Positions 26,178-38,300 of a stretch of 64,000 nt of DNA are shown here, one piece after another; within the stretch, counting starts at the first letter, position 1, and each line of letters opens with the position of its first letter. The notes under the pieces were generated by a model. The model was not told the origin of the DNA. It ran no database searches and saw only the letters and a program-made list of their open reading frames with translations. A program made the translations under genes and the position numbers. Source of the DNA: Halocafeteria seosinensis (Eukaryota); contig LVLI01000127.1 of assembly GCA_001687465.1 (NCBI GenBank), positions 1 to 64,000 on the forward strand, read 5' to 3'.

Positions 26178-26919
26178 ATGAGCGATAGCATGTCAGCTTC
26201 CGAGACGGCTACTTTGCCGTCTTCTCAACAACAGCGTACAGGAGGCTACATGCCCCCTCCACGCCCACGTAGTGGTACACCCAATAAACCTCCTCTGGCA
26301 GGATCGGCAGAGACGGACGAAGCGAACCACAATGTGTCATGGATGCATGATCCCAGGGCATGGGTCTTCTACGCTATGGCTTTAGTGACAGTCCGGATGG
26401 GGATCACTGCTTTACTCTCTCCATGGCTCACTGATGAGGCCCAATGGATCTGTCTTAACGTATTTCATTTCTTTGTAAGTGGATGCTGCTGCTACTATGT
26501 TCGGAATGTGTATTTATGACACTGTGTGATGGTGTAACAGTTATCCTTCATTGGATTGCACTGGGCCCGAGGCACCCCGATATGGGAAGACCAGGGGGAG
26601 TTCGAAGACCTCACCGTATGGGAACAAGTGGATAATGGAATACCGTGGACAACCACCAAGAAGGTCCTCATGATTATTCCGGTAATACTGTACGTTATTT
26701 CGGTATAGCAATGTCCGGCGCCATACTCCCGAGATACTGCGTATTCTTCACAATGCCCCTTCCTCCCTTTGCAGGTTTCTTATAACTTGCCATGCTACAG
26801 ACTACGAGATACAGCCTCTTATCATCAATGGAATACTCAACACTATCCTTGTTGTTGCGAAACTACCTGAAATGCACCGGGTGCGAATCTTTGGAGTAAA
26901 TAGGGCAAAGGTCGATTGA
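26178..26919 (+). CDS. ORMDL: ORMDL/ORM1 family sphingolipid-synthesis regulator, 3 exons
   Basis: NHNVSWM, LHWARGTPIWEDQGEFEDLTVWEQVDNG..TTTKKVLMIIPVILFL and VAKLPEMHRVRIFGVN; stop TGA 26917-26919. Confidence 0.93.
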
Positions 26920-27029
26920 AATGAGCCGCAAGTATCAATATGAGCGAGACAAAAAACAATAGGGCTCACTGCCTAGTGAGAAAATCGAGAGGATTCAACT
27001 GTTAGAATGCAGCGAACTATCGGTGGAAT

Positions 27030-27758
27030 TCATGACGAAGACTTGCCTGACCGGCTCGTGACCCGCTGATTAATGAAATCCACGACAGTTTTCTTAACTT
27101 CCTTCTGCATTTCTTCTGCCATTTCTGAAAGTGATGCCTCATCTATCCCGAGTCTTTCGTACAAACGCTTTCTATTTCTCTCCTTCTGCTCCTTTGTTAA
27201 GCCTGACAATTCTGGTAGCGAAACCACACCCTCAAGCTGCATGGCTCCCTCGGCTTCCAACGATAGAACCGGCAGATGGTGACAGTTCATTTCTGCCATA
27301 ATGCTCATGCAGCTTTCAACGGTGTTGTCTAGCAATACATATGCCGTCTTGTTGACCGGTGTCATAATGTCTTCACATCGAACAAGTCGATGATTGCGTT
27401 CGCGTACCGCAACCTTGACGAGATAATCCGTTTCCGTCAAGATGCCTCTGACGTTATCACCTTTCTGGACGATCACGCACGAGATCCTATGTTCTAGCAT
27501 TTGACGAAGAGCGTCGTATGCTGTATTATCCTCCTGTAATGAAAATATTCGCTGTCGTTCCGGGCGCCGATTCTCCAACACATCTCGAACACGTAATTGT
27601 TCATTCTCCTCCGACGTTCGAACCAACCACGGCCTCAGCTTGTTATACGCTTTGGAGCCCCATAAATAAGCTCGGGGCCCCAAGATACTGAAATTTCGCT
27701 GTGTATGAGCGCTACATGTCCTGAACGACAGCGGGACAAGAACACGTCCTCGAATCAT
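27030..27758 (-). CDS. CBS-domain pair protein (CBSX3-like, possibly mitochondrial)
   Basis: Two CBS repeats (TAYDALRQMLEHRISCVIV..GILTETDYL; TVESCMSIMAEMNCHHLPVL..GVVSL) and an Arg-rich transit-like N-terminus MIRGRVLVPLSFR. Confidence 0.85.
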   Translation of the reverse strand: MIRGRVLVPLSFRTCSAHTQRNFSILGPRAYLWGSKAYNKLRPWLVRTSEENEQLRVRDVLENRRPERQRIFSLQEDNTAYDALRQMLEHRISCVIVQKGDNVRGILTETDYLVKVAVRERNHRLVRCEDIMTPVNKTAYVLLDNTVESCMSIMAEMNCHHLPVLSLEAEGAMQLEGVVSLPELSGLTKEQKERNRKRLYERLGIDEASLSEMAEEMQKEVKKTVVDFINQRVTSRSGKSSS

Positions 27759-28077
27759 TCTCGCCTTCGTATCATGCTTTCTACGGTAATTGCACCCCCC
27801 TCCTTTATACAAATGATTCAGCCCTTCTCTATCGTTCTATGAATTCGACCCCCTTACGCCCATACGTCAGTAGTGGACGAGATATGGCTTTGACAAGTTG
27901 AGTATTCAAGTGAACGAAAACTTTGCTGTCTCTTTTTGAATTAGGGAGACGATATCCTTTCCTAGAGCTATAATAGGTCATAATACAGATGATTTCACTT
28001 GTTTTGTAGGAAGATGAAACTCTGTTCCGATAGATGGAGCAACTGGGCGTTCGAGTAAAAGGTATAGAGAGGGAATA

Positions 28078-31032
28078 ATGCCGCCATTACGGAAACGCAC
28101 CAAGCGTCCACGATATACAGAGGATGATGATGACGATGACGATGATGACGAGGAGTCCTACGACGATAATGATGATGATGTTGAGGAGGAGGACGAGTCT
28201 GTTGATGTCGATGTGTCGGTCTCTCAGGAATCCAGTGGACGAAAGAGCAGGAAAAAGGGAGGAATTCAAACCACAATTGACTTAGAGGATGATGATGATG
28301 ATGATGATGTAGTGGTTATCGACGAAGAATCCAAGGATTCTGCATCGGCAAAAGAAAGCAAACCTCCGAGGAAACAAGCAACGGCGACCAATGGCTCTGC
28401 CAAAGGTGGGACGAAATCGACCCCGAAGAAGACTCCAAAGAAATCTGGTGGAACGAAGCAATCAAGTGGCAAATCACCCAGCAGTGCTAGCAACCAAAAG
28501 AAGAGTGCAACCAAAAGCCCCAGAACAAAAAAAGCAACGGATCCAACTGAAGATGGTAGCATGGTATTCAAAAGCCCGGCTGAGTTTTTTGCAGAGAATC
28601 AGAATATTGCTGGATTTGACAATGTAAGGCGGAAATTGACTCCACCTCCTCTGTGCTAATTGCGTTTTTTCAGACCTTCTCTCCGCTATTCTCGCAGCCC
28701 GGAAAAGCGTTATACACCACGATACGAGAACTTGTGGAGAACAGTTTGGATGTGAGTACTGTCCGTCGCTGAGAACAGAGGTCAAGGTTTGTAATCTTTT
28801 GTTTCATCCCCAGGCATGCGAAGCAGTCGACCGATTGCCCGAAATTGAGGTAGCAATGTATGTTTTCAAGCCTCCTGGTTGTGTGCTTTAAATGGTTCAG
28901 CAGCGGACTCTGTACTTGTCTTTGTTGCAGTGAAGAATACTCGGCAAGAGAGTTCGAGAAGCTTCAAGGAATTAATGAACACAAATTGAAAGATAAAGCA
29001 CTCTACAAGAATACTGTGCTTGATCGTGCGGAGGTGAGGTTCGCGATAGAATGGAACGAGAGTCTTGTATGAAACCGTGAACGTCTGTATCGTTTTGCGC
29101 ACCCGCAGTCCCTCAAACAGCAGAACGAGGCAAGTAGCGATGATGCCACCCCTGCTGATGGTCCTGAGGACAACGAACTCACGCGCACTAACTCCTCGAA
29201 CACTAAGAAGAAAGACGTCACCCATTCCACCTCAACTATGCAGTTTTATCGCATTACTTGTAAGGACAATGGGGGAGGAATGGCCCACGAAAAAATTCCT
29301 TACATGTTGGGGAGAGTTCTAACCGGAAGCAAATACGGAGTGCAACAAACGAGGGGAAAATTTGGTCTCGGAGCCAAAATGGCCTTGATTTGGTCTAGGA
29401 AAAGTACAGGCCTTCCGATTGAAATATATACCGCTCATGCGGCGTCATCGCAAAGTGCTAAGAAGAAGCCACCAACACAAAGAACGTATTGCAAATTGGA
29501 CATTGACATTTATAAGAACGAACCGAGAGTTTACCAGCATGACCTTCTAGCTAATGATGAAGGGCATGTAGGAACGCAACTGTCCGTGTTCATTGGTGGC
29601 CAGTGGAGGGCTTACAAGAGTAGGGTTATGCAATATTTTCAACAGCTCGCAGTGATTACACCATATGCCAATATCATGTTCAAATTTGCCTCCGATGCGA
29701 ACTCCGGGAAAAATTTTGAATATGTATGGAGACGAAGGTCTACACAGCTTCCTCCTCCAGCTAAGGAGGTCAAGCATCACCCGTCAGCTGTGAACAATTT
29801 ACTTGTTCGTCAAATAATTGACAATGCACGAAAAAAGAGTGGGTCAGACGACTACACGATAGGAGAGGTATTAAGCAAAGAGTTCCAGTGTATTGATAAA
29901 AAACTGGCTGAGCGACTGTTAAAAGAACTCGGAGCTGGGTTTGCCCCGTCAAAACCGGCTAAGTCTCTAACGCAGAACCAGATACACCAGTTAACGACAC
30001 TACTAACCGCAGCGAAGTTTCCTGCTCCTGATGGGAGCTGTCTATCACCTGCTGGTGAATACAACTTACGACTTGGTATCCTGAAAGAACTGCGCCCGGA
30101 GCTGCTGGCGACGTATGCAAGTCCCGTCGCAGTGTTTGAAGGTCATCCATTTATCGTGGAAGCAGGAGTCGCGATAGGTGGCCACGCTGCAAGTGAAGGT
30201 ATAACGGTACATCGTTTTGCGAATCGGATTCCACTTCTGTTTGAAGGTGGAGGGGACGTCGCTACACGAACAGCTATGAAGAGGATCAAGTAAGTGTTCT
30301 TCGTTCAAAAAAAATTCGAATTAGGTGGAAGTGTTTTGTATGGTTGTGTACCTGGTTTTCAGTTGGGGTGCATACAAGATTGACTACAAAAGAGATAAGA
30401 TAGGAGTATTTGTTTCCATAGTGTCAACTAAGATTCCATTCAAAGGGACAGGCAAGGAATACATCGGAGACGATATCATTGAAATTCAGAACTGTGTCAA
30501 GCAGGCAATTCAGGCCTGTTGTTCACAGTTGCGAGCCAAGCTTGCACGACGGCTCGCGGCTAAAGAAAGACAGCAGCGCAAACAAGCACTGGCCAAGTAT
30601 ATCCCCAACGTTGCTAACGCTGTGGTAGGGGTGCTTGGGGAGATTCGGCCAGCTAATCCCGATCCCGCTGGTGACGACGATACACGGGCAGCATTGGTCC
30701 CGCGTTGCTCAGAGGAAGAAAGGCAACGTATCGTTCGAGACTACAAGGATGGAAAACTATCTCGTGACGCATTGGTTACCCGCCTGAAAGAGGCGATCGC
30801 CAGAGCCGACCATTTTGCCATGCTGGATCATGTTAGTACTTTTGATGAAGAAAATGCCGGGAAAAAGTCCATGAAGCAGGCTGAGTCGGCAGGTTCCAAA
30901 AAGCGAACGGCTTTATATATACAACCTCGAAGAGTAACAGATGTGGCTAATTACACTCAAATAGATGCTCCTAACTTATCTATAGCGATACCTCCGCAGT
31001 TTATTGGAAGAGAAGAGGAGCAACAAGAGTAA
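28078..31032 (+). CDS. TOP6B: DNA topoisomerase VI subunit B
   Basis: KSPAEFFAENQNIAGFDN-PGKALYTTIRELVENSLD-ACE, GHKL motifs DNGGGM and TRGKFGLGAKMALIWS, EGHPFIVEAGV, RFANRIPLLFE and STKIPFKGTGKEYI. Five introns. Confidence 0.96.
28122..28310. repeat. (GAT/GAC)n trinucleotide tracts encoding poly-Asp in the TOP6B N-terminus
   Basis: gatgatgatgacgatgac... at ~28122-28150 and a gatgatgat run at ~28288-28309. Confidence 0.85.
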
Positions 31033-31127
31033 CTACGCTTTGGAAATGAAATAACAAAAGCAGCAGTATCAGTCAGTTCCATCCTTGTCTATTGCATTGC
31101 AATACATCGTATCTGGCACACAGTTAA

Positions 31128-32450
31128 TTATATGCTACCGAAAGCTCTGCATACTGGGCATCTACCGTATACTGCCGGATTCACCGAATGATCATAGATC
31201 CTATTTCGGCAGCGGCTACACAGAACTGGGTTGTGACAACTCGCACATTGATACTCTGCTAAGCTCTCGTAACAAATGCAGCATTCTTCCTCAGTGGTAC
31301 TGGTGACCCTACGGTCCGCATCGGCGGATCCCATCCGCCGTTGTTGACCTCTTGGCGATCTGGCAACATCGCTACGGTTCCATTCGATGCGATTTAAAGC
31401 CGCGATACCGCTGGCCTCGCGATGCCCACGGTTAATGTCCCTTGGTGGATGTAGATAAAAGAAGTACTGAAGTTGCGAAGCGAGTCGACGATCCCCTTCA
31501 CTACGAGCGGAAGGCCTGTTTACTTGAGACGCTGTCCTTTGACGCGAGTTATTCGACCCATGCGAACTCTGGGAGACTCTGCATGGCGAGTTCGAACATT
31601 TCGCCAGAAGGCATACTACGGCCACGAAATCGGTCCCAACAAGAGTAGGTATTATATACTTAATGAGAAGCCAAAACGCCTGCCACTGCCTATACAGTCG
31701 AGTTCCTCCGCATCCTTTCTCGTTGACCTGAATGTCAGCACTGCAAACCCCGTACTGCATTCCGAGTTGACACATCTCCTCTGTCCATTCTATTGGACAA
31801 TAAATCCTTAATTTCTGAACCGCCATCAGGCTTACTACTCTTTGGTCCTCTCCTAGCACCGACAAAAACAGATCACGGCTCGAATCATTCAAACTCTCGG
31901 GTGGGTGGTTCGTCAGAGCAAAGGTAGGTTCTGTCCCGTTGAAGAAAACTGGACCGTATTTTGGGTCGCCCGGCTTTGCTAGAAGCATATCTGCTCTTGA
32001 CCCTTGTTGAACAGGGCCATACGCCATTTGGAAACAAATTCCTGCGAATAGAACTGGATAGACCACTGCAAGGCACTTGGGCACTTTGTCGTCGCTGTAG
32101 AGGGTGGGCCGGAGGGAATTGGCGTCTTTGTAACTCGAGATGCTATATCCCCACGAAGGACACGTGAAAACAAACCCGAGGAACAAGACTAAGAGAAACC
32201 TATCGGAGTACTCTTTGTCCCTATGAGACTCTAATCCCAGCGCATCATAGCGCTCTCCCCGACAATCCCAGTACACGAAAAAGTTGTTTCGACAATTTAC
32301 GTCCTGTTGCCCCATGGGATCCACCGGGTCCTTGGAGGCATCAGCGACGGTGCCGTATAGAAAATGCGCTGTCAAGCATAAAATGAAAAACGACACGGTG
32401 AAGCAGAAATACTGTAGAATAAGCACTTTCTGCTTCCGCGTCCGGTCCAT
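31128..32450 (-). CDS. Multi-pass membrane protein with C-terminal RING finger (putative E3 ligase)
   Basis: Intronless 440-aa ORF with about four hydrophobic segments and C-terminal CCICYESLAEYQCASCHNPVLCSRC...RCPVCR. Confidence 0.75.
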   Translation of the reverse strand: MDRTRKQKVLILQYFCFTVSFFILCLTAHFLYGTVADASKDPVDPMGQQDVNCRNNFFVYWDCRGERYDALGLESHRDKEYSDRFLLVLFLGFVFTCPSWGYSISSYKDANSLRPTLYSDDKVPKCLAVVYPVLFAGICFQMAYGPVQQGSRADMLLAKPGDPKYGPVFFNGTEPTFALTNHPPESLNDSSRDLFLSVLGEDQRVVSLMAVQKLRIYCPIEWTEEMCQLGMQYGVCSADIQVNEKGCGGTRLYRQWQAFWLLIKYIIPTLVGTDFVAVVCLLAKCSNSPCRVSQSSHGSNNSRQRTASQVNRPSARSEGDRRLASQLQYFFYLHPPRDINRGHREASGIAALNRIEWNRSDVARSPRGQQRRMGSADADRRVTSTTEEECCICYESLAEYQCASCHNPVLCSRCRNRIYDHSVNPAVYGRCPVCRAFGSI

Positions 32451-33204
32451 TGCACATGTTTGCCACTCATTGATGACTCAACAAGAAACCTCCACCCCCG
32501 AAAAAAAGATGCCCACTACCAGACAAGATCAGTACAGCTACAGAAAGAACCATATTATCGAGCTATACGCCCTGGTATGCGAGAAATGACGTCATAAAAG
32601 TTGATAAAACCGCGCAAGTTGAAGTTGAAGTTGAACTTCACAAACGATTCAAATGCAAAATGCACAACCATTGCATTGGATTCGGCGCTTACACATGACA
32701 TGGACGTCATGGCGGTTTTNTTGCAGATGATTGAATGAATTGACGAATCCAACAATTTTCGCGCTGGGGGCGGGAAGGCAGTTGAAATACTGTTTCAATA
32801 ACAACAGCAACGTCCCCATGCCTCTTTCATCGGTCCAGTGAATCGCAATACCTCAACAAACTTTCTCAAGGTAGCCACCAACTGCCGAGTTTCATCTTCT
32901 TGTTCTCACCATACGAACGCTGTATGCAATTGCATGCACGCAAGACTTCCCCGAGTCTTCCGATTCGTTCCGAACAGAAGAGTGAAATAAATGTTTGCTG
33001 CTTTCCTAGGATTTCACAGGGGAGCTTCTGACTGTCCCGGTGGTCTTGGAGTGCCCTTGTGGTAGCCCTTGGATCGGTCCCTAGTCATCTTTGTCATTTT
33101 CTGCCTCGTCCTAAGCCGTATAATGAGCCATAGGAGGTTCATAGGATATACATATTGATATTGAGTGTTAGTAGAATCCATTTTTTCCATTTCAGTACCG
33201 CGGA

Positions 33205-35339
33205 ATGGCTGCAGCAGGGTCATCTGGCTCTGCTACGAGCCGTAAAAAGCGCCGGGAGGATGACACGGCGCCTGGTTATGGCGCTATACAGAGCATACAA
33301 CAGCCTCATCCAGGCCCAGGATACTATGAACGGGGCCATCTGGACCCTATGGACCTGACTGGGTCGGTCTCGGATGAGACACACCGTCCGTTGGGCACAT
33401 TACCCTTTTGTGCTTCGGGGCAAGACGCCACTTCCACGGCTGAAAATGCCATTCGGAGGATTCCATCGTCTCTCTCTGTATCAGCCTTTTGCGCCATGGT
33501 GGAATGGTTTCGCGTCAAGGTGGACGCTCTACTGTACGTGTAAACTCGCCGCTCTGAGACCGGTGGGCTGGCTCGTATTTTGTCATTCATGGGGGTTAAA
33601 CTCATTTATTTGAATGCCTTACAGAGACAAGGATGGTCCTTTAGAGGTGCTGAGTGTCGCGAATGATGCGCCAGAGTTTGATGCGATGTTAGTCAGAATT
33701 CTAGCGGCGCGCTTTAAGCGTCTGAGGTGGGTGAACTACGTACGGATATATAGCATGTGTGTGGTGTCTTCAGCTTTGACTTAACTCTGCCTACAGGTAT
33801 ACAATAGTGGGCGTCAATGCAGATTCCTATCAGCCGTTGGTTCACGATAAAGGCCTCGCCCAATACATTCGGCTGGTTGACAAGCCGTACTTTGAATGGA
33901 TCCGGGAGAATGATATTTCCACAGACTCAGCTTCTGCAGCCTCGGCAACAAATTCATCCTCAGCGCTGCAACACAGTTTTGATGTCATACATTGCGCTGT
34001 ATGGAGGAAGCAGTTCAAGATGGATCTTAATGAAGCCTTGAACAGTTTTATGTCACTGATCAAGCCCGGAGGTGCTATCTTAAGCTTTACATTCTCCAAA
34101 GCGGGCATATTCGCCCTGCGCGATAGACTCTGGTGCCAAATTGGGCCTCCACCAGAATCGTCAAAGGGACAGAGTGGATCGGAAGAAAGCGATGCCCCGT
34201 GGATTGGATTAAGACCAGAGATGTATGTTCACAATTGGCTTTCTGAGCAACTCCGCCAAAGTGAACAGGCTGCTGATAGGAACAACAATAAGAACGAGGG
34301 TGGAAGCAGTGCTTCATCCGGCGCTGGTGGTTCGCAGTCTAGTCAGGGGGAATCAACGGCATCTACGGGTGCAAGTGGTGTTCCCAGCGTTCAATCTTTA
34401 TGCGCTGGCCACCGCAGCCAGCTCCTGGCGTGGCGAGAGCGTGTGGATAGCCATATTGACATCACAGACTGTGTGACGGAGAGTTTCGACGCTGCTGCCG
34501 AGGCCAAATTGAATGAAATTATCGCGCACGACGTGAGGGCTATCAAGGCGCGTGACTCTGAAATATTAGAAGACATACTTATTGAATTATGTGACATGAG
34601 TCTGGCTGGAAATGGAATCGATGAGCCTGCCGTAGTGTACGCGCCATTGGATGTGTATCTCATCAGAGCTCCAGATTCCCCCAGTGACAAAAATAGCGTC
34701 AAGTCCGGCATCAGTGACCTCGTCCATGTAAAAGAGTCGGAGGGCTTACCGTTTTTCCCTGTTGATGTTTTCTCGATGGCGGCTGCCTCCGCTCCTTCTC
34801 CCGTTGATAATGTAGTTATGCTGTCCTCTTGGCTAAAGAACCATCCGCAAGTGATGAGATCACCCCATACGAATACCCTTTTGTGCCCGCTTAAGGGTTC
34901 ATGGGGCTCTTTCCGTGAAACCGGCTCGGCACATTCTTCAGCTCTGGGCGTAATGCACTCCGAAATTGGAGCTGAGCTGGATAAACGTAGGAGAGAGAAT
35001 CAAGAAGTTAACAGTAATCAGCCACTCGTTCGAGCAGCGCATGTTGAGTTGGACCCGCCTTCCTCGCGACTAGCGTTATGCAAAGACGCATGGTGGCCTC
35101 ATGGACGTTATGGAGGTTTTTTTAATGTGGGATTACAAAACTGGCTCGATGTCAGATACACGTGGACAGCGAGGACATCTGAAATGGAGCCGGTAGAGCA
35201 GAAACCTGTGCCTGATCTGGATGAGCTAACAACAGAGCTTTCGCAGTTGAGGAAAAGTTATGAATTACCAGTACCCATGCGACTCGATGATTTAGTAGAC
35301 CTATATGTAGATATTTGGGAAGCGCAAGATCAAATATGA
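33205..35339 (+). CDS. Protein with degenerate class I SAM-methyltransferase-like region and C-terminal DUF4050-like domain, 3 exons
   Basis: Introns 33534..33624 and ~33727..33796 join the ORFs in frame. Motifs LEVLSVANDAPEFD, YTIVGVN, SFDVIH, DLNEALNSFMSLIKPGGAIL; C-terminus NVGLQNWLDVRYTW...LPVPMRLDDLVDLYVDIWE. Confidence 0.65.
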
Positions 35340-35368
35340 ATTGAATCAGAGTGGTGCGAGATGGGTGC

Positions 35369-38300
35369 TTACGTGGCTAGTCTTAACCCTGAGCATTGTT
35401 GAGCTACGCGCATGGTGCCAGGTACTTGAAGATGCTGCAAGTTTTGACACATCGAGTCGAGTTTTCCACATAAGTGGTCGTGCAGCGGACGCATGTCTTC
35501 TGAACACTTCTCTTTATGGGTTTCGAGCCCCTGCAGGCATAAGAGCATCTGCTCTTGAAGTATGAGCCGGAGGCACGCTCTCAGTAGGGTATCCGCTCCG
35601 AAATCGTCTTGCGATGTCGCATTGCTGCGGTCCAAGCTTTGGCTTCTGTTTGCCATTTTCAAATACGTCGTTGATGCCCGAGGAGCACGACTGGTGAAGC
35701 GATTATTCTTCCGCTTAATATCTTCGAGTATTTCAGGATGGGTCGTGACGTAGTTTCCTGAGAGGATTGGTTCAAAATTTGATAGTCCACCTGCTACAGC
35801 GGCATCTAGTACTCCTCGTAGCTGCCCCGTGAGGAAGTGCACTTTAGAGTTGGTCGTGTTTTTGGCCCGTTGAATGGCACTGTGGAGATCTTCATTCTTG
35901 TCCACGAGCATTTCTATAGCATTTTCAAATGGATTCAGTATAACCTCGGAGACAGCATAGACAGCTGACCTCCGTGATATCGACGGGAACGCACTTTCGG
36001 TCGCTAAAATATACCTTTTGATCCACACGTCTAAACTGTCATTTCCTGTATTGTGCCTTTTCCATGGTTGATCGCATGTAAAGACTCGAACGCGGGAGCA
36101 GTCTCTCGCTCTGCGTATACGTTTCGGGACACGAGCATACTTTCCATATCTAAGATTCTTCGACAGTGAACACTCAAGAGCCATCGATTCAAATGCATCT
36201 AGTTGGTCATCTCCTCTCTGTGCAATGTCATCAATGAATTGGTACGCCAAAGGAAGAGAATCCTTGAGTAATTGTGTAGGAATGGGGCTTATCCCTCTCG
36301 GTATTTGATCCTCGGGAAGAAGCTCACTAACGTTGGCGAAGATTCGTTCATTAATAATATCGTCATTCCCATCGTCTCCTGTCACCAACTGGGCAATCGG
36401 TCTGTCTACGGCAACGTTTGCTGCTAGTCTCATAGCATCCAATTCTTGCAAAGAAAAAGCTCCGGTCTTGTACTCAAGTTTGTCATGCGAACAATATTCA
36501 CTAGCAAGGAGTAAATTCTCGACTTCATCCTGTACCTTCTGCGTCGCTGGGGCAACCGATATCACACTCAATGCGAGCGATTGTGGGTCTTCATCGGCAC
36601 CCAGTTCTTGGAACGGCTGAAATGAAACCTTATTCACTGAGCGGACAAGAGACTCTGCCTGCCCACTAAATGCTTGGCTCTGTTGCCATTTCTTCTTAAT
36701 CGATTCAGAAAACTCTGCAACGGAGGTGCCACTGTCTGCCCGATAAACAAACATCCTGCAGCGCCGATCGGCTGGAAAGTGTTTGCTTCTGAAATGCACC
36801 AAGTAGTACGGACAATGTGCTCTTGTGTTCCGACTGGAATTAATCTCCCGCATCAAATCTGCGATAATACCCTGTTGTGTCGACAAGGTATCGTGGAGCC
36901 TCTGCAAGGAACTCTCAGAAGGCAGAGAATAACAAATAGCATTGTAGATTCTGGTGAGGCATAAAGACTCCTCGAGACAATTAGCTTCATACAATTCGCT
37001 AATTGCCTTATCAAAAATATCAAGAAATTTGTCTCGATTTATCTCATCATCTAGACGTCCGAGCATGTTGACATATAACGACTGGCACATCGCAGCCTCA
37101 GCTTGGTTGCTCAGTCTTCTGTGCATTTCGACCATGTACGTCACGTATCTTTCAAAAAGATCATGCCGGTGAGTACTTCTTAGATATGAAATCAACGTAA
37201 GTGCCGCCATCGTACGTTCTTCTTCGAAAACCTTGCCGAGGGGAAGTTCCGTTGGGTACCGTCTCAACGCCACAAGCATATTGAATAGTTTCTTGATATC
37301 ATTCAAAAGCTGTGAGATAACCCCAAAGCTGGTCGCCAATTTCCGCTGACTGTCTGTCACGGGAGTTATCACTACCTCGAGGGCTCTCGAACCCTTTTGT
37401 CCTGCGTCTTGGGTAGTGTGAAGATTTTGGTTACTAGAATCACTCGACGGATTCTGTCTACGGAACCGCCCTTCGCTTCCTTCTGAAACCATAGCATCGA
37501 TTGCATCAATCGTACATCGTTCGAGAAGCCATAGATTTTCAGAACCCCGTGAACAATGATGCTGCAAAATAGAGTTAACAGAGATATCCGCGAACATAAG
37601 GTCAAAGAATATATTGCGAGCCAAATCACCAAGGGAGAGACGGTGATCCTCTGTCCGAGCGAGATACATTAGCATCGGTATAAGGTACGGAGCTAAGGCC
37701 AGTTTTAACCAGTCACAAACCTGATAGGATGCACCGTCACCCGTATTTTCGAAACTAAGCGAACCCCAGAGATCGAGTAGTTGCTGCTTGATCGTCTTCC
37801 TAACCGAGTGATGGGTGAAGAAGTACGTATGGGAATTACACGTGGAGTCCATGCACAGATGCCCCATAGCTAGCTCTAACCAGCCACACAGAACCGGCAT
37901 CGACACCAGCCGGTCACCAAGAGTTGTTGGAGCGACCTGCAGGTTGGCTCCGCTGTTGTCGTGGTTCTGCGAAAACCATCCACAAATCGATTCCACCGGG
38001 TAAACCCGACGCATGGACAGCCAGATCGAAACTGTTCCAAGGATATGTGCAATAGACGTTACGTACTGCGGGGCAGATATACTGTCACTGTACCTTACTT
38101 GCGTGCGAAGAATCTCCGCAAGCTTGAGCAAACGCATCATAACTTCTCCTTGACGAACTTGATCATTGTATGCCTCCTGAGCATAGTAAACGAGGTAAGA
38201 AGGCTCTATGAGCTTTAGTAAATCGACCAGCATGTTCAAACTATTCACACTGACACCGTAAGTAGCCTGAAAATTCCGTTGCTGAGAGCTCGTAATGAAC

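Noticed and set aside
32720..32720. Single N base
   Set aside because: Assembly ambiguity rather than biology, though it cautions that some lesions elsewhere could be sequencing errors.
8150..35339. Functional clustering of CK2 beta with the DUF4050-like gene
   Set aside because: They are ~24 kb apart with many unrelated genes between, and eukaryotic neighbourhood alone is not evidence.
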